A DNA stretch of 64,000 nt, from NCBI GenBank assembly GCA_903831595.1, contig CAIKXY010000002.1:28339-92338 (forward strand). Reading direction: 5' to 3'. The stretch comes from an uncultured bacterium (GTDB taxonomy: Bacteria > Patescibacteriota > Minisyncoccia > Phycocordibacterales > GWA1-40-21). Both the position numbers and the translations under genes were made by a program. Shown one piece after another: positions 45,244-54,838 of this stretch. Below the pieces are notes generated by a model. That model had not been told where the DNA came from, searched no databases, and saw nothing but the letters and a program-made list of their open reading frames with translations. Positions within the stretch are counted from its first letter, which is position 1; the number at the start of each line of letters is the position of its first letter.

Positions 45244-45579
45244 TTATTTTTGATCTGATTTCTTTGTATCAGACGGTTCTTCTCTAGAACCAAACTTTGT
45301 CATCATTTCATAATACCCATCAAAATAACCTTCACGGTGTGCACCTCGTCTAATAAATACATAAAGTGGATATAACAGCATTACAAGCCCAACCAAAACA
45401 AGCAATTTGTTTTGTACAAAGAGAATTACTGCAATACCAGCGACAGAGATTAATAGAAGCCCAAAAGCGCTCATTTCGTTAACATTTTTTTTAGCAGCTT
45501 TATACTCTTCGTGTAATTTACCAAGCTCTTCCTTAGTTGCCTTTTGTATTTTCTTAACATCTTTCTTTTTAAATTCCAT
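45244..45579 (-). CDS. Hypothetical membrane protein (111 aa, two TM helices)
   Basis: Coiled-coil N-terminus, then GLLLISVAGIAVILFV and LVLVGLVMLLYPLYVFI. Confidence 0.45.
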   Translation of the reverse strand: MEFKKKDVKKIQKATKEELGKLHEEYKAAKKNVNEMSAFGLLLISVAGIAVILFVQNKLLVLVGLVMLLYPLYVFIRRGAHREGYFDGYYEMMTKFGSREEPSDTKKSDQK

Positions 45580-45733
45580 TTTTTTAGTTAATTTATTAAT
45601 AATTTTATAAAAATTTGACCTTTTCTTCTACTTAAGCCGTTTCTCTCGTAAAAACATTACAAGTTGGTAGTTGTAATGTTTATCAACATGAAACGGCAGC
45701 ATACCAGGAATTTTTACTAATAATAAATAAAAT

Positions 45734-46102
45734 ATGAATTTAAAAAATCACACAAATATTGTAAGTAAGTTATTTTTAGCTGCTGCCATAATTATGCTCC
45801 TTAGTTACCCTGGATTTAAAATATTTTTACCACAATACCCAATTTTTATGATCGGAGCAATTACTCTATTGTCTGTCATGGCCGGACTTACCAATTTGAA
45901 GGGAAAATGGTTGGCACTTATCAATATCGTTATATCAATTATTGCAATAATCTATTTTGAAAGTCACGCGATTATGTTTGTGAGAGTCCCCAATCTCATA
46001 GGTATATTTCTCATAGACGAAATACTTACATTGATATTTGTTCTCGCACTTTACTTTAGTATCAAGACTTTTAGAATAAAATCACCAGAAATAAAAGTCT
46101 AG
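45734..46102 (+). CDS. Hypothetical polytopic membrane protein (122 aa)
   Basis: Four hydrophobic segments. Confidence 0.45.
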   Translation: MNLKNHTNIVSKLFLAAAIIMLLSYPGFKIFLPQYPIFMIGAITLLSVMAGLTNLKGKWLALINIVISIIAIIYFESHAIMFVRVPNLIGIFLIDEILTLIFVLALYFSIKTFRIKSPEIKV

Positions 46103-46104
46103 TT

Positions 46105-46620
46105 TTAAACATTGTTATATAAAGCTTTTAATTTTTCCAGCCCTCTATAAAGTTGTACTGCCATAGCGTTTTTTGATTGCCCAGTTATAAGTGACATTTC
46201 TTTAAGCGACAAATCTTGAATATACTTCATACGCATGATTTTCTGGTATTTTTCTGGAAGGCGTTGAATCAAAATAAGAGCAGCTTTTCCATCTAAAACA
46301 TTTAAAAGATTTTCAGGATGAATATCTTTTGGTTCATATCCTTTTTCAACTAAAACATCGAGTGATGTTGTTTTGTGTTTTCTATACTCATCTACAATAA
46401 GATTATTTAAAATATGATAAAGAAAAGCTCTCATGATATCTATCTTGCCACCTTTCGCAAGATAGCTCCAAGTTTTCATAAAAGTATTTTGTACCAAATC
46501 TTCTCCAAGCTCATGGTCATGAACTTTAAAAAATGCACGAGAATTAAGCCCCTTTTCAAAGTCGTGGTGAGCTACGGTGAGGATTTCTTGCCTATCCTTT
46601 TTTTGTTTTGGAGTCATCAT
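46105..46620 (-). CDS. ECF-type RNA polymerase sigma factor (sigma-70 regions 2 and 4)
   Basis: Region 2: LVQNTFMKTWSYL...FLYHILNNLIVDEYRK. Region 4 HTH: LPEKYQKIMRMKYIQDLSLKEMSLITGQSKNAMAVQLYRGLEKLK. The start is taken at MMTPKQ, so the exact position is uncertain. Confidence 0.6.
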   Translation of the reverse strand: MMTPKQKKDRQEILTVAHHDFEKGLNSRAFFKVHDHELGEDLVQNTFMKTWSYLAKGGKIDIMRAFLYHILNNLIVDEYRKHKTTSLDVLVEKGYEPKDIHPENLLNVLDGKAALILIQRLPEKYQKIMRMKYIQDLSLKEMSLITGQSKNAMAVQLYRGLEKLKALYNNV

Positions 46621-47021
46621 AATATTTTTTGACTTTTTATAACAATTGAGCTGACTGTATGAGTAGCATATTACACACCTATTACAAAGTTTTGTAATAG
46701 ATTCTAATATGTCCATATGATTGTGTACTTAGTTATATTCGAAGAGTGAGTTTTTATTACACGAACATTACAAAATGTTCGGTGCTTGAGAGTAAGTAAA
46801 ATAACCTACCTAGAATTATAGCACACAATACATCTATTAGTAAGTTGTAATGATTATGTAGTTTTGACGGCTTTATAAGTATAAACTCATTAGAAATGGG
46901 TTAAATAGCTTATAACAAGTCTTAGTAGTCTTTTTTGAGTGATTTTAAAAAGAATACTAGACGTAAAAATGTTTTTATTTATAAACAATCACTCAAATTA
47001 TTAGTTTTAATAAAAAAAAGT

Positions 47022-48284
47022 ATGAAAATATTTAATAAAAGTTTGATAACAATAATAAGTCTTGCATTTGGTCTATCTGGATCAATTACAGCATTTGCAG
47101 CAGGGCCAGCAGCCGTAAATCTTGGGTCAGCAGTAAATTTTGAAATTTTAGCAAAAACAGGAATCTCAACAACAGGAACTACTTTGGTCGTTGGTGATAT
47201 TGGAGTTAGTCCAGCCGAAGCAACTTATATTACTGGATTTGGTTTAATTCTTCCTGCGGCAGGTTCATATTCAACAACTCCATTGGTTGTTGGAAAAGTA
47301 TATGCACCAAGTTATGCAAATCCAACTCCTTCAAATATGTCTACAGCAGTTAGTAATATGGAGACAGCTTATACTGATGCAGCTGGAAGAACAAATCCAA
47401 CAACAACCGAGCTCGGTGCTGGAAATATTGGTGGAATGACACTTGCCCCAGGACTTTATAAGTGGGGAACTAGTTTGACAATACCTTCAAATGTTACTTT
47501 ATCAGGTAGTGCAAATGATGTTTGGATTTTTCAGATAGCTGGAAATCTAAATATTAGTTCAGATGTAAAGGTTATATTAAGTGGTGGTGCACAAGATAGT
47601 AATATTTTCTGGCAAGTTGCTGGACAAGCTACTCTTGAAACAACATCTGTTTTTCACGGAAATATATTAAGTCAAACGGCAATAGTATTAAATACTGGTG
47701 CAAAATTATATGGTAGAGCTTTGGCTCAGACTGCCGTTACTCTAGATTCAAACTCTGTAAATATTCCAGTTGTTGTTAAGACTCCTGCAACACCAGCAGT
47801 ACCAACAGTAAGCTCAGCAATTCCAGCTACTCCAGCGGTATCAGCTAATTCATCATCAAATAATAATAGTGGTGGAAGTGTTACTTATTCAAATTCATTA
47901 CTAACTTCACAGCAACAAAAACAATACGATCAACTTATTTCTACTGGTGTAAATTCAAGTAATGCATTAAAAGCAGTAAATCTTCTTTCAAATCCAGCTT
48001 CAATTTCTACGCTCTCAGCATCTGCTTTTGGTCAATTAGTTAAAATAATTTCAAAAAATCTTGCACAAGGTGGTCGCGGTGATGATATAAAAACCCTTCA
48101 ACAGTTTTTAATTTCTCAAGGTAAAGGTTCAGCAGCCCAAGCTTTATCAAAAATCGGCGCAACAACTTACTTTGGAGCTTTGACTCGTGCAGCGCTCGCT
48201 GAGTTTCAAGCAAATGTAGGAATTAATCCTGCTCTTGGAAATTTTGGTTCAATAACTCGAGCTTATCTAAGTTCGCATTATTAA
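47022..48284 (+). CDS. Secreted DUF3494 (ice-binding-like beta-helix) protein with a C-terminal peptidoglycan-binding (PG_binding_1-like) domain
   Basis: Signal peptide MKIFNKSLITIISLAFGLSGSITAFA. AVNLGSAVNFEILAKTGISTTGTTLVVGDIGVSPAEATYITGF matches the conserved DUF3494 start. C-terminal GGRGDDIKTLQQFLISQG...ALTRAALAEFQANVGI. Confidence 0.6.
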   Translation: MKIFNKSLITIISLAFGLSGSITAFAAGPAAVNLGSAVNFEILAKTGISTTGTTLVVGDIGVSPAEATYITGFGLILPAAGSYSTTPLVVGKVYAPSYANPTPSNMSTAVSNMETAYTDAAGRTNPTTTELGAGNIGGMTLAPGLYKWGTSLTIPSNVTLSGSANDVWIFQIAGNLNISSDVKVILSGGAQDSNIFWQVAGQATLETTSVFHGNILSQTAIVLNTGAKLYGRALAQTAVTLDSNSVNIPVVVKTPATPAVPTVSSAIPATPAVSANSSSNNNSGGSVTYSNSLLTSQQQKQYDQLISTGVNSSNALKAVNLLSNPASISTLSASAFGQLVKIISKNLAQGGRGDDIKTLQQFLISQGKGSAAQALSKIGATTYFGALTRAALAEFQANVGINPALGNFGSITRAYLSSHY

Positions 48285-48303
48285 TTTATTAATTAAAAAA
48301 TAT

Positions 48304-50601
48304 ATGAAAAATTTTGGTAAAAATTTAATATCAACAGTAATCATTTCTCTATCATTTGCTATTATTGGGCCGATTTCTGCATTTGCGGTAACGACACCAA
48401 ACCTTGGAGCCGCAACTACTTATGGTATTCTTGGTGGTACTTATACAAATACAACAGTTGGAGGAACCACGATTACTAACGGAGACGTCGGATATACTAC
48501 TCCGCCGGCGGCAGTACCTACTATGGTTGGAGGTACGATTTATGGAAATGTTCCACCCACTCCTGCTGCAAGAACAGACGCAACCGCAGCTTTGACTACC
48601 TTAAATGCGATGACATGTCCGCCAGCTAATAATTTAGGTACTACAGTTGATTTATCATTAGTACACAGTGCTTCATATACACCAGGTGTTTATTGTAGTA
48701 CTGGTGCCATGTCTATAGGAACTGCAGGAATTACTCTTAATGGTGCAGGAACTTATGTTTTTAGAGCCGATGGAACTTTTGGTACAGTTGTAGATTCTGT
48801 TGTTACGCTGGCAGGTGGTGCGTCTGCTTGCGATGTCTTTTGGACACCAACAGGAGCAACTACACTTGCTGCTAACACAACACCAGCAACGACATTTTAT
48901 GGAACTATAATTGATAATAATAATTTTATTACCGTTGGTATAAATGTTGGGTGGCTAGGAAGAGCACTTTCATTACTTGCGGGAACAGTTACGACAGACA
49001 CTGATTCAATTACTGTCCCATCTGGATGTACGTCCGATGTTACTCCACCAGTGATTACTTTGGTCGGGACTTCTCCAATTACAAAAGAATTTGGTTCAAC
49101 TTATACAGATGTCGGAGCTACAGCGGCAGATAACATTGACGGAAATATTACAGCAAATATCGTAACCGTTAACCCAGTCAACACTTCAATTCTTGGTGCG
49201 TATACAGTTACTTATAACGTTTCAGATTTAGCAGGAAATCCTGCTACTCAAGTTACAAGAACGGTTAATGTTATTGATACCGCGATACCAGTAATTACAA
49301 GGCTAGGTTTAAACCCAGTCTCAATAGTAATCGGTACAGTATATACAGATGCTGGAGCTACAGCGGCAGATAATGTTGATGGAAATATTACCCCAAGTAT
49401 TATAACTGTTAATCCAGTAAATAAAGATGTTGTAGGCACTTACACAGTTACTTACAACGTTACTGATTCATCAGGAAATCATGCAGCTCAAGTTATAAGA
49501 ACGGTTAAGGTGATCGCTGCTATTGATAATGTACCACCAGTTATTACAGTTGTGGGTTCAAGCACAGTGTCATTGACAGCCAGTACTGCATATACAGATG
49601 CTGGAGCAACAGCGTTAGATGATGTTGATGGAGATATCACAACTAACATTGTTACTGTTAATCCAGTAAATATTAATTTAATTGGAACTTACACAATCAC
49701 TTACGACGTTGTTGATTCATCTGGGAACCATGCTATTCAAAAAATAAGAACAGTTAATGTTGTTGGTGTTGCACACAAAAGACCAACTTCTACGACAGCG
49801 CCAATTGTACCAATAATCGGTATATTAAAAGTACCTTCACCACTTAATTTACCGCAAGGAGCTGGAAAAGTCCTATATAATTATTCAGTTTGGAATGTTG
49901 CAAAATTACAACAATTAATTGACGTCACGGTTGTTGATGATAAATGCAATCCTGTAGTTTTAGTTTCCGGTGACGCAAATAATAATGGAAAACTTGATAT
50001 TGATGAAACTTGGAAATATACTTGTACTTCAACACTTGCAAACACTACTACAAATACTGCGATAGCAACTGCTCATAGTAGTGATGGTTATTACAATACA
50101 GCAATAGCAACTGCAATTACTACAGTTGTTGTCGGTGCACCGATACAACCACCACTTATTCATGTAATAAAAGTTCCTAGTCAATTGACCCCATTCCCAT
50201 TTGGAGGTGGTGAGGTTACCTACACATACACCATAACAAATCCTGGTTTAGTTTCATTAAACAACGTTGTTGTTACTGATGATAAATGTCCCACAGTTTC
50301 CTATGTTTCTGGTGATGCAAATAATAATAATTTGCTTGATGTAGGTGAGTCATGGATTTATGCTTGCAAACAAAATATTAAAGTTTCAACTGGAAATGTT
50401 GCTACAGCTACAGGTAAAGCAAATGGTTTAACTGCTGTAGCTTATGCTTTTGTAAATGTTCTTGTCTCTTCTCCATCTCTCCCAGATACAGGATTGATTC
50501 CTGAGTTAAATAATACCTCATGGATTATTGCTACTCTTGCTGGTGTAATTATTATTCTTTCAATCTCACTCACTGTAGTTTTAAAGAAAAAGAAAGTTTA
50601 G
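48304..50601 (+). CDS. LPXTG-anchored surface protein. It has a DUF3494-like N-terminal domain, three tandem DUF5011-like Ig repeats, two DUF11-like repeat domains, and a sortase sorting signal.
   Basis: Signal peptide. PNLGAATTYGILGGTYTNTTVGGTTITNGDVG. Three copies of about 80 aa, P(P)VIT.VG...YTD.GATA.D..DG.IT..IVTVNPVN...G.YT(V/I)TY.V.D..GN.A. A C-terminal LPDTG, then hydrophobic WIIATLAGVIIILSISLTVVL, then KKKKV. Confidence 0.65.
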   Translation: MKNFGKNLISTVIISLSFAIIGPISAFAVTTPNLGAATTYGILGGTYTNTTVGGTTITNGDVGYTTPPAAVPTMVGGTIYGNVPPTPAARTDATAALTTLNAMTCPPANNLGTTVDLSLVHSASYTPGVYCSTGAMSIGTAGITLNGAGTYVFRADGTFGTVVDSVVTLAGGASACDVFWTPTGATTLAANTTPATTFYGTIIDNNNFITVGINVGWLGRALSLLAGTVTTDTDSITVPSGCTSDVTPPVITLVGTSPITKEFGSTYTDVGATAADNIDGNITANIVTVNPVNTSILGAYTVTYNVSDLAGNPATQVTRTVNVIDTAIPVITRLGLNPVSIVIGTVYTDAGATAADNVDGNITPSIITVNPVNKDVVGTYTVTYNVTDSSGNHAAQVIRTVKVIAAIDNVPPVITVVGSSTVSLTASTAYTDAGATALDDVDGDITTNIVTVNPVNINLIGTYTITYDVVDSSGNHAIQKIRTVNVVGVAHKRPTSTTAPIVPIIGILKVPSPLNLPQGAGKVLYNYSVWNVAKLQQLIDVTVVDDKCNPVVLVSGDANNNGKLDIDETWKYTCTSTLANTTTNTAIATAHSSDGYYNTAIATAITTVVVGAPIQPPLIHVIKVPSQLTPFPFGGGEVTYTYTITNPGLVSLNNVVVTDDKCPTVSYVSGDANNNNLLDVGESWIYACKQNIKVSTGNVATATGKANGLTAVAYAFVNVLVSSPSLPDTGLIPELNNTSWIIATLAGVIIILSISLTVVLKKKKV

Positions 50602-50725
50602 TTTAAGTTCTATTATTAAAATTAATTAACCCGCTAAAGTTTTGACTGATGTAAAATCAAAGATTTTACGGGCATTAAACAAAAAGTTTAATGCGTCAGT
50701 CAAAATTTTCTCGGGTAAAAAAAAT

Positions 50726-50866
50726 ATGCTTACAACAATCGCATTTGTGCTTATAGTTTTGTGGCTCGTTGGATTTATTGCTTTTCCTGTGATAGGAGGA
50801 TTTATTCATATTCTTCTTGTGATTGCTGTTATTACAATTCTAATAAGGGTTATCAGAGGTAAATAA
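50726..50866 (+). CDS. lmo0937-family small membrane protein (46 aa)
   Basis: MLTTIAFVLIVLWLVGFIAFPVIGGFIHILLVIAVITILIRVIRGK matches the conserved pattern of this small-protein family. Confidence 0.4.
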   Translation: MLTTIAFVLIVLWLVGFIAFPVIGGFIHILLVIAVITILIRVIRGK

Positions 50867-50893
50867 ATCTAAAAATAATTTATAATCAAAAAA

Positions 50894-51559
50894 ATGGGAT
50901 TAAAAATTTCATCAAAAATATTTCTGCTTATTATTATTTTTGTAATAGTTTCATTTTTTGTGATTTTGCTTTTCTTTCCAACATCAAATGTTCAAAACCA
51001 AATTTCTTACGCAGAATCAATACCAATTCCATCTGTTGTTGTGCAAACTTTAAAAAATATTGTTAGCACCACTTCCAAAGTGCAAACAAATTTATCCGCA
51101 GTAGGACAGGTAGGAATAGGACTTCCGATCAGTTTAAAAATTCCCAAAATTAATGTTGATGCCACGTTTGAATACAAGGGACTTACATCTGGTGGAGCAA
51201 TGGATGTGCCAAAAGGCCCTGATAACGTCGCATGGTTTAGTCTAGGAACACTTCCTGGTAATATAGGTTCTGCTGTTGTGGCAGGGCATTATGGTTGGAA
51301 AGACGGCATACCAGCAGTGTTTGATGATTTACACACCTTACAAAAAGGAGACAAAATATATGTTGAGAATGATATGGGAAAGACAATAACTTTCGTTGTG
51401 AAAGAAATCGGAATATATGGCGAAAATAGCGATGCTTCAAATGTATTTGGTTCAAATGATGGAAAAGCACACCTAAATCTGATTACTTGTGAAGGAATTT
51501 GGGATGCATATAAAAAAAGTTACTCAAACCGTACAGTCGTATTTACTGATATGGAATAG
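50894..51559 (+). CDS. Sortase (transpeptidase) with an N-terminal membrane anchor
   Basis: TM helix. LKIPKINVDATFEYKG...VVAGHYG...LHTLQKGDKIYVE...NLITCEG, the catalytic TLxTC motif with its His and Arg context. Confidence 0.65.
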   Translation: MGLKISSKIFLLIIIFVIVSFFVILLFFPTSNVQNQISYAESIPIPSVVVQTLKNIVSTTSKVQTNLSAVGQVGIGLPISLKIPKINVDATFEYKGLTSGGAMDVPKGPDNVAWFSLGTLPGNIGSAVVAGHYGWKDGIPAVFDDLHTLQKGDKIYVENDMGKTITFVVKEIGIYGENSDASNVFGSNDGKAHLNLITCEGIWDAYKKSYSNRTVVFTDME

Positions 51560-51622
51560 AAAAATATCAAGCAAAATATAAACAATTTGTAATAATATGA
51601 GTTCTCTAACGTCTTAATAAAT

Positions 51623-52177
51623 ATGAAAACCCCCACAAAAAAGATAGATTTCGTTGAAAATTTTTTAGGAGAAAGTTGGACATATATAAAAACTGTAGTG
51701 GATGTTATGCGGGAACCAATTTTGATTCTTGATAAAGATTTAAGAGTAATGGCGGCCAACGAATCTTTTTATAGAGTGTTCCAAGTTGAACAAAAAGACA
51801 CCGAAAAGAAAGTTGTATATGAGCTTGGAGATGGTCAGTGGAATATTCCTGCATTAAGAAAACTTCTTGAAGATATTTTACCTAAAAACACATTTTTTAA
51901 AGGATTTGAAGTTATTCACGAGTTTCCATTTATAGGAAAAAAAGTGATGATTTTAAATGCACGACAAATTCATTTTAAAGAAGAATCTGTTTCAAAATTA
52001 TTTCCATCAATTATACTTTTAGCAATGGAGGATATTACCGACATGATGGTTGTTGCTGAAACACTTGCTGGTCATGCAAATCATTTAGAAACAAGATTTA
52101 CAGAAAGAACACAAAAGTTGAGTACCGATATTGTAAAATTAGAAAAAGAAATTATTCAACTAAAAAAGAAAGTATAA
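51623..52177 (+). CDS. PAS-domain protein with a C-terminal coiled-coil
   Basis: VMREPILILDKDLRVMAANESFYRVF...ELGDGQWNIPALRKLLEDIL is a PAS fold. No output domain. Confidence 0.5.
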   Translation: MKTPTKKIDFVENFLGESWTYIKTVVDVMREPILILDKDLRVMAANESFYRVFQVEQKDTEKKVVYELGDGQWNIPALRKLLEDILPKNTFFKGFEVIHEFPFIGKKVMILNARQIHFKEESVSKLFPSIILLAMEDITDMMVVAETLAGHANHLETRFTERTQKLSTDIVKLEKEIIQLKKKV

Positions 52178-52263
52178 ATTTACATACTCCGAAAAATCAC
52201 TGTTTAAGCCGCAGTGGTTTTTTATTTGTTTTTCCCATTTTTTCGTGTATATTACATATGTTT

Positions 52264-52337
52264 GGGCGCTTAGCTCAGTTGGTTAGAGCACCTCATTTAC
52301 ACTGAGGGGGTCAGGGGTTCGAATCCCTTAGCGCCCA
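52264..52337 (+). tRNA. tRNA-Val (anticodon TAC)
   Basis: Acceptor GGGCGCT/AGCGCCC, D-arm TAGCTCAGTTGGTTAGAGCA, anticodon stem CCTCA/TGAGG with loop TTTACAC, T-loop TTCGAAT. Confidence 0.7.
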
Positions 52338-52375
52338 CAAAAATATCCGCCGCGGATTTTTTTGTGGGCGCTAAC
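52338..52375 (+). terminator. Terminator after tRNA-Val. It includes an inverted copy of the tRNA 3' acceptor strand.
   Basis: ATCCGCCGCGGAT hairpin plus a T-run. The outer stem GCGCCCAC...GTGGGCGC reuses the tRNA 3' end. Confidence 0.45.
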
Positions 52376-52527
52376 ACGCAAACTTCTTTGCGTGTGTAAG
52401 GGATTTGAAAGACTTTTCCGTACGAGCAAAGCGAGGTGGAAAAGTACCCGCGACGGTAGTCGAGAATCCCAGAATTATTGTAAATAGCAGTTATCACAAA
52501 TCTATGCTAAATTATTAAAATATCTCT

Positions 52528-53256
52528 ATGAAAATCCCCATTCTCTATGAAGATAAAAATGTCGTTGTGATAAATAAGCCAGCAGGGCTTATTGTTCATC
52601 CAGATATAAAAACCAAAGAAAAAACTTTGGTTGATTGGATTTTGAAAAAATATCCTAAAATAAAAAATGTTGGGGAGCCGATTATCCTTTCAGATGGCAC
52701 AAAAATATTGAGACCTGGGATTGTGCATAGGATTGATAGAGATACGACAGGTGCTCTTATTATTGCAAAAAACCAAAAAGCGTATGAATTTTTGAAAGGG
52801 CAATTTAAAGTTAGAAAAGTCCATAAAGTTTATCAGGCGTTTATTTACGGTGATTTAAAAGATGAAAGAGGAATGATAGATAGACCTATAGGTAGAAGCT
52901 CAACGGATTTTAGAAAATGGACATCGCAAAGAGGTGCTCGTGGGGAGATGCGAGAGGCAGTAACATATTTTAAAGTTTTGGGAAATAAAAATAATATTAC
53001 TTTTGTTGAAGCAATGCCAAAAACAGGTAGGACGCATCAAATAAGAGTACATTTTAGCGCCATAAATCATCCTCTGGTACAAGATAAACTTTATGCATCA
53101 GATTTTTTTCTAAAAAAGAGGCAACAGTTTGGTTTTAAAAGAACTGCGCTCCATGCAAAAGAATTGGAGATTACATTACCTGATGGTAAATTGCTAAAAA
53201 TTACAGCTCCATATCCAGAAGATTTTGCGGATGCAATGAAAAAAATGAACAAATAA
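52528..53256 (+). CDS. RluA-family 23S rRNA/tRNA pseudouridine synthase
   Basis: [14 protein letters not shown], the catalytic-Asp motif [16 protein letters not shown], and the downstream RTHQIRVH. Confidence 0.75.
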   Translation: MKIPILYEDKNVVVINKPAGLIVHPDIKTKEKTLVDWILKKYPKIKNVGEPIILSDGTKILRPGIVHRIDRDTTGALIIAKNQKAYEFLKGQFKVRKVHKVYQAFIYGDLKDERGMIDRPIGRSSTDFRKWTSQRGARGEMREAVTYFKVLGNKNNITFVEAMPKTGRTHQIRVHFSAINHPLVQDKLYASDFFLKKRQQFGFKRTALHAKELEITLPDGKLLKITAPYPEDFADAMKKMNK

Positions 53257-53279
53257 GGCCGTGGTTTTTCTTGCGAAAA

Positions 53280-53753
53280 ATGACCTTATGTGCTAAATTA
53301 CTACAACTTATGCAATTAAAAAATATTAAGATTTCACCTATAGATATGGAAGCCAGAAAGAAGATTGATATGAGATCTGGCGATACTGTTCGTGTATGGC
53401 AAAAAATTAAAGAAGGAGAAAAAACAAGACTTCAAGCTTTTGAAGGAATGATTTTGGCTATAAAACACGGAAAAGAAAATGGCGGAACTTTTACTGTAAG
53501 AAAAGTTATAGATGAAGTTGGAGTAGAAAGAATCTTCCCTTTATATTCTCCAATCATTGATTCAGTTGAAGTTTTGAAGAGAGCAAAAGTTAGAAGAGCA
53601 AAATTATATTACATTAGAGAAAAAGCAGCCAAAGAGCTCAAGAGACATTTGAAGAGTGAGCTCCTAAGTGCAAGACAAGAAAGCAACACTGATACAAAGA
53701 GAGTAGAAAAAGCAGAGAAAGCAGAAAAGGCTGAAAAAGAAGAAACAAAATAA
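53280..53753 (+). CDS. rplS: 50S ribosomal protein L19 with a Lys/Glu-rich C-terminal extension
   Basis: [82 protein letters not shown] matches the L19 core. The start is ambiguous among 53271 (TTG), 53280 and 53310. Confidence 0.75.
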   Translation: MTLCAKLLQLMQLKNIKISPIDMEARKKIDMRSGDTVRVWQKIKEGEKTRLQAFEGMILAIKHGKENGGTFTVRKVIDEVGVERIFPLYSPIIDSVEVLKRAKVRRAKLYYIREKAAKELKRHLKSELLSARQESNTDTKRVEKAEKAEKAEKEETK

Positions 53754-53804
53754 ATTAAAAAATCCCGTGGCAAACGGGATTTTTTGTTTGAAAAAAAATG
53801 GTTT

Positions 53805-53962
53805 TAGTATATTATGAACTCCGATGCTCGGGTGGCGAAACTAGAAGACGCACTACCTTGAGGTGGTAGCGGGAGCAATCCTATGCAGGTGCAAGTCCTG
53901 TCCCGAGCACAAACTGCAAATAATTGAAAATCGCCTAGTAATGATAGGGCGATTTTCTTTTG
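53805..53962 (+). ncRNA. Candidate structured small RNA, unidentified, ending in a terminator-like hairpin
   Basis: Closing helix TGCTCGGG...CCCGAGCA. Internal hairpins CTACC-TTGAGG-TGGTAG and CAGG...CCTG. A 3' hairpin CAAACTGCAAA...AAATCGCC-TAGTAATGATA-GGGCGATTT, then TCTTTTGCAGTTTG. Locally GC-rich. No match to RNase P, tmRNA or SRP consensus by eye. Confidence 0.25.
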
Positions 53963-53964
53963 CA

Positions 53965-54130
53965 GTTTGTGAGACGGACTGAGCGTAGCGAAGGAGTCGG
54001 GGGCTGCGACTTTGCTTTGAGTTCACGAAAAGCAAAAGTTGTGGCCCAGATAAAAATATCAAACAAGCCTGTCCCGTGTATGAAAAAACATACAACAAGC
54101 CTGTCTCGAACACATTTTATAAAGAGTTTT
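53965..54130. repeat. GC-rich noncoding repeat (copy Y), related to 44863-45060
   Basis: Same ordered blocks as copy X: GTGAGACGGA, CTGAGCGTAGCGAAGGA, AAAAGTTGTGGCCCAGATAAAAATA. Plus a duplicated AACAAGCCTGTC(C/T)CG. Confidence 0.35.
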
Positions 54131-54177
54131 AATGATATTTTAGATGTGGTCTAGAACTTTCGTGTTATAATTTTATT

Positions 54178-54735
54178 ATGAATAATACATATATTTTTTT
54201 ACGTCACGGTGAGACAATAAAAGATCCAGCAGTTCATCCAAAAGAATGGAAACTTACTCCAAAAGCTCTAACGGTGATTAATGAGTATCTTAATTTAGAT
54301 ATATTTAAACAAGTTAATTTTATTTATTCATCAACAGAAAATAAATCAATTGCAACTTTAAAACCGATTGCTAATTTTTTGTCTAAGAAAATAATTGAAG
54401 TTGAAAATTTTGTAGAAATAGGCAGAAGCCCAAAATTTTTAAGTGACGAAGAATTTTTGGTTCAAAAGAAAAGACAACTAACTGAGTTTCAGGTGGAGGT
54501 AGATGGCGGCGAATCTGCGGAGCATGCCCTCAACCGTTTTAAAGAAGGAATAGGACAAATTGAAAAATATTATAATAACAAAGTCGTTTTGATTGGAAGT
54601 CATGGAACTGTTTTAAGCCTATATTTTGCTAATATTTTAAATAAAATGGACCAGGCTTATGAGCGCTGGGGGAAATTACCATTTTGCGCATACGGTGTAA
54701 TACGAGATGGTAGGGTTGAAAAAGACATCATTTGA
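54178..54735 (+). CDS. Histidine phosphatase family protein (phosphoglycerate-mutase-like)
   Basis: IFLRHGET, the RHG catalytic motif, and the C-terminal VLIGSHGTVLSLYF. Confidence 0.6.
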   Translation: MNNTYIFLRHGETIKDPAVHPKEWKLTPKALTVINEYLNLDIFKQVNFIYSSTENKSIATLKPIANFLSKKIIEVENFVEIGRSPKFLSDEEFLVQKKRQLTEFQVEVDGGESAEHALNRFKEGIGQIEKYYNNKVVLIGSHGTVLSLYFANILNKMDQAYERWGKLPFCAYGVIRDGRVEKDII

Positions 54736-54838
54736 TTTTTTTAATATTAGGACTATTATTTATACAGATAAAAGTTGTTATTTAAAGTCGATTTATTAAC
54801 AAAAATTAAGTCCATTCCATAGCGAGTGGCAAAATATT

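Noticed and set aside
52297-52497. 66-aa minus-strand ORF
   Set aside because: It overlaps tRNA-Val and its terminator; GFEPLTP is the reverse translation of the T-arm.
53853-54154. Two overlapping ORFs (86 aa on the minus strand, 64 aa on the plus strand)
   Set aside because: They lie inside the GC-rich structured or repeat region after rplS. The products are low-complexity with no RBS. The region is treated as noncoding.
53790-54170. Considered RNase P RNA, tmRNA or SRP RNA for the roughly 380-nt GC-rich noncoding stretch. Also considered these for 8195-8360 and 44863-45060.
   Set aside because: None of the universally conserved motifs is present by eye: GGAAAGUCCGGGC and ACAGAANCCGGCUUA for RNase P, the tRNA-Ala-like ends for tmRNA, and GGAAGCAGC for SRP helix 8. 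They are left as unidentified structured or repeat elements.
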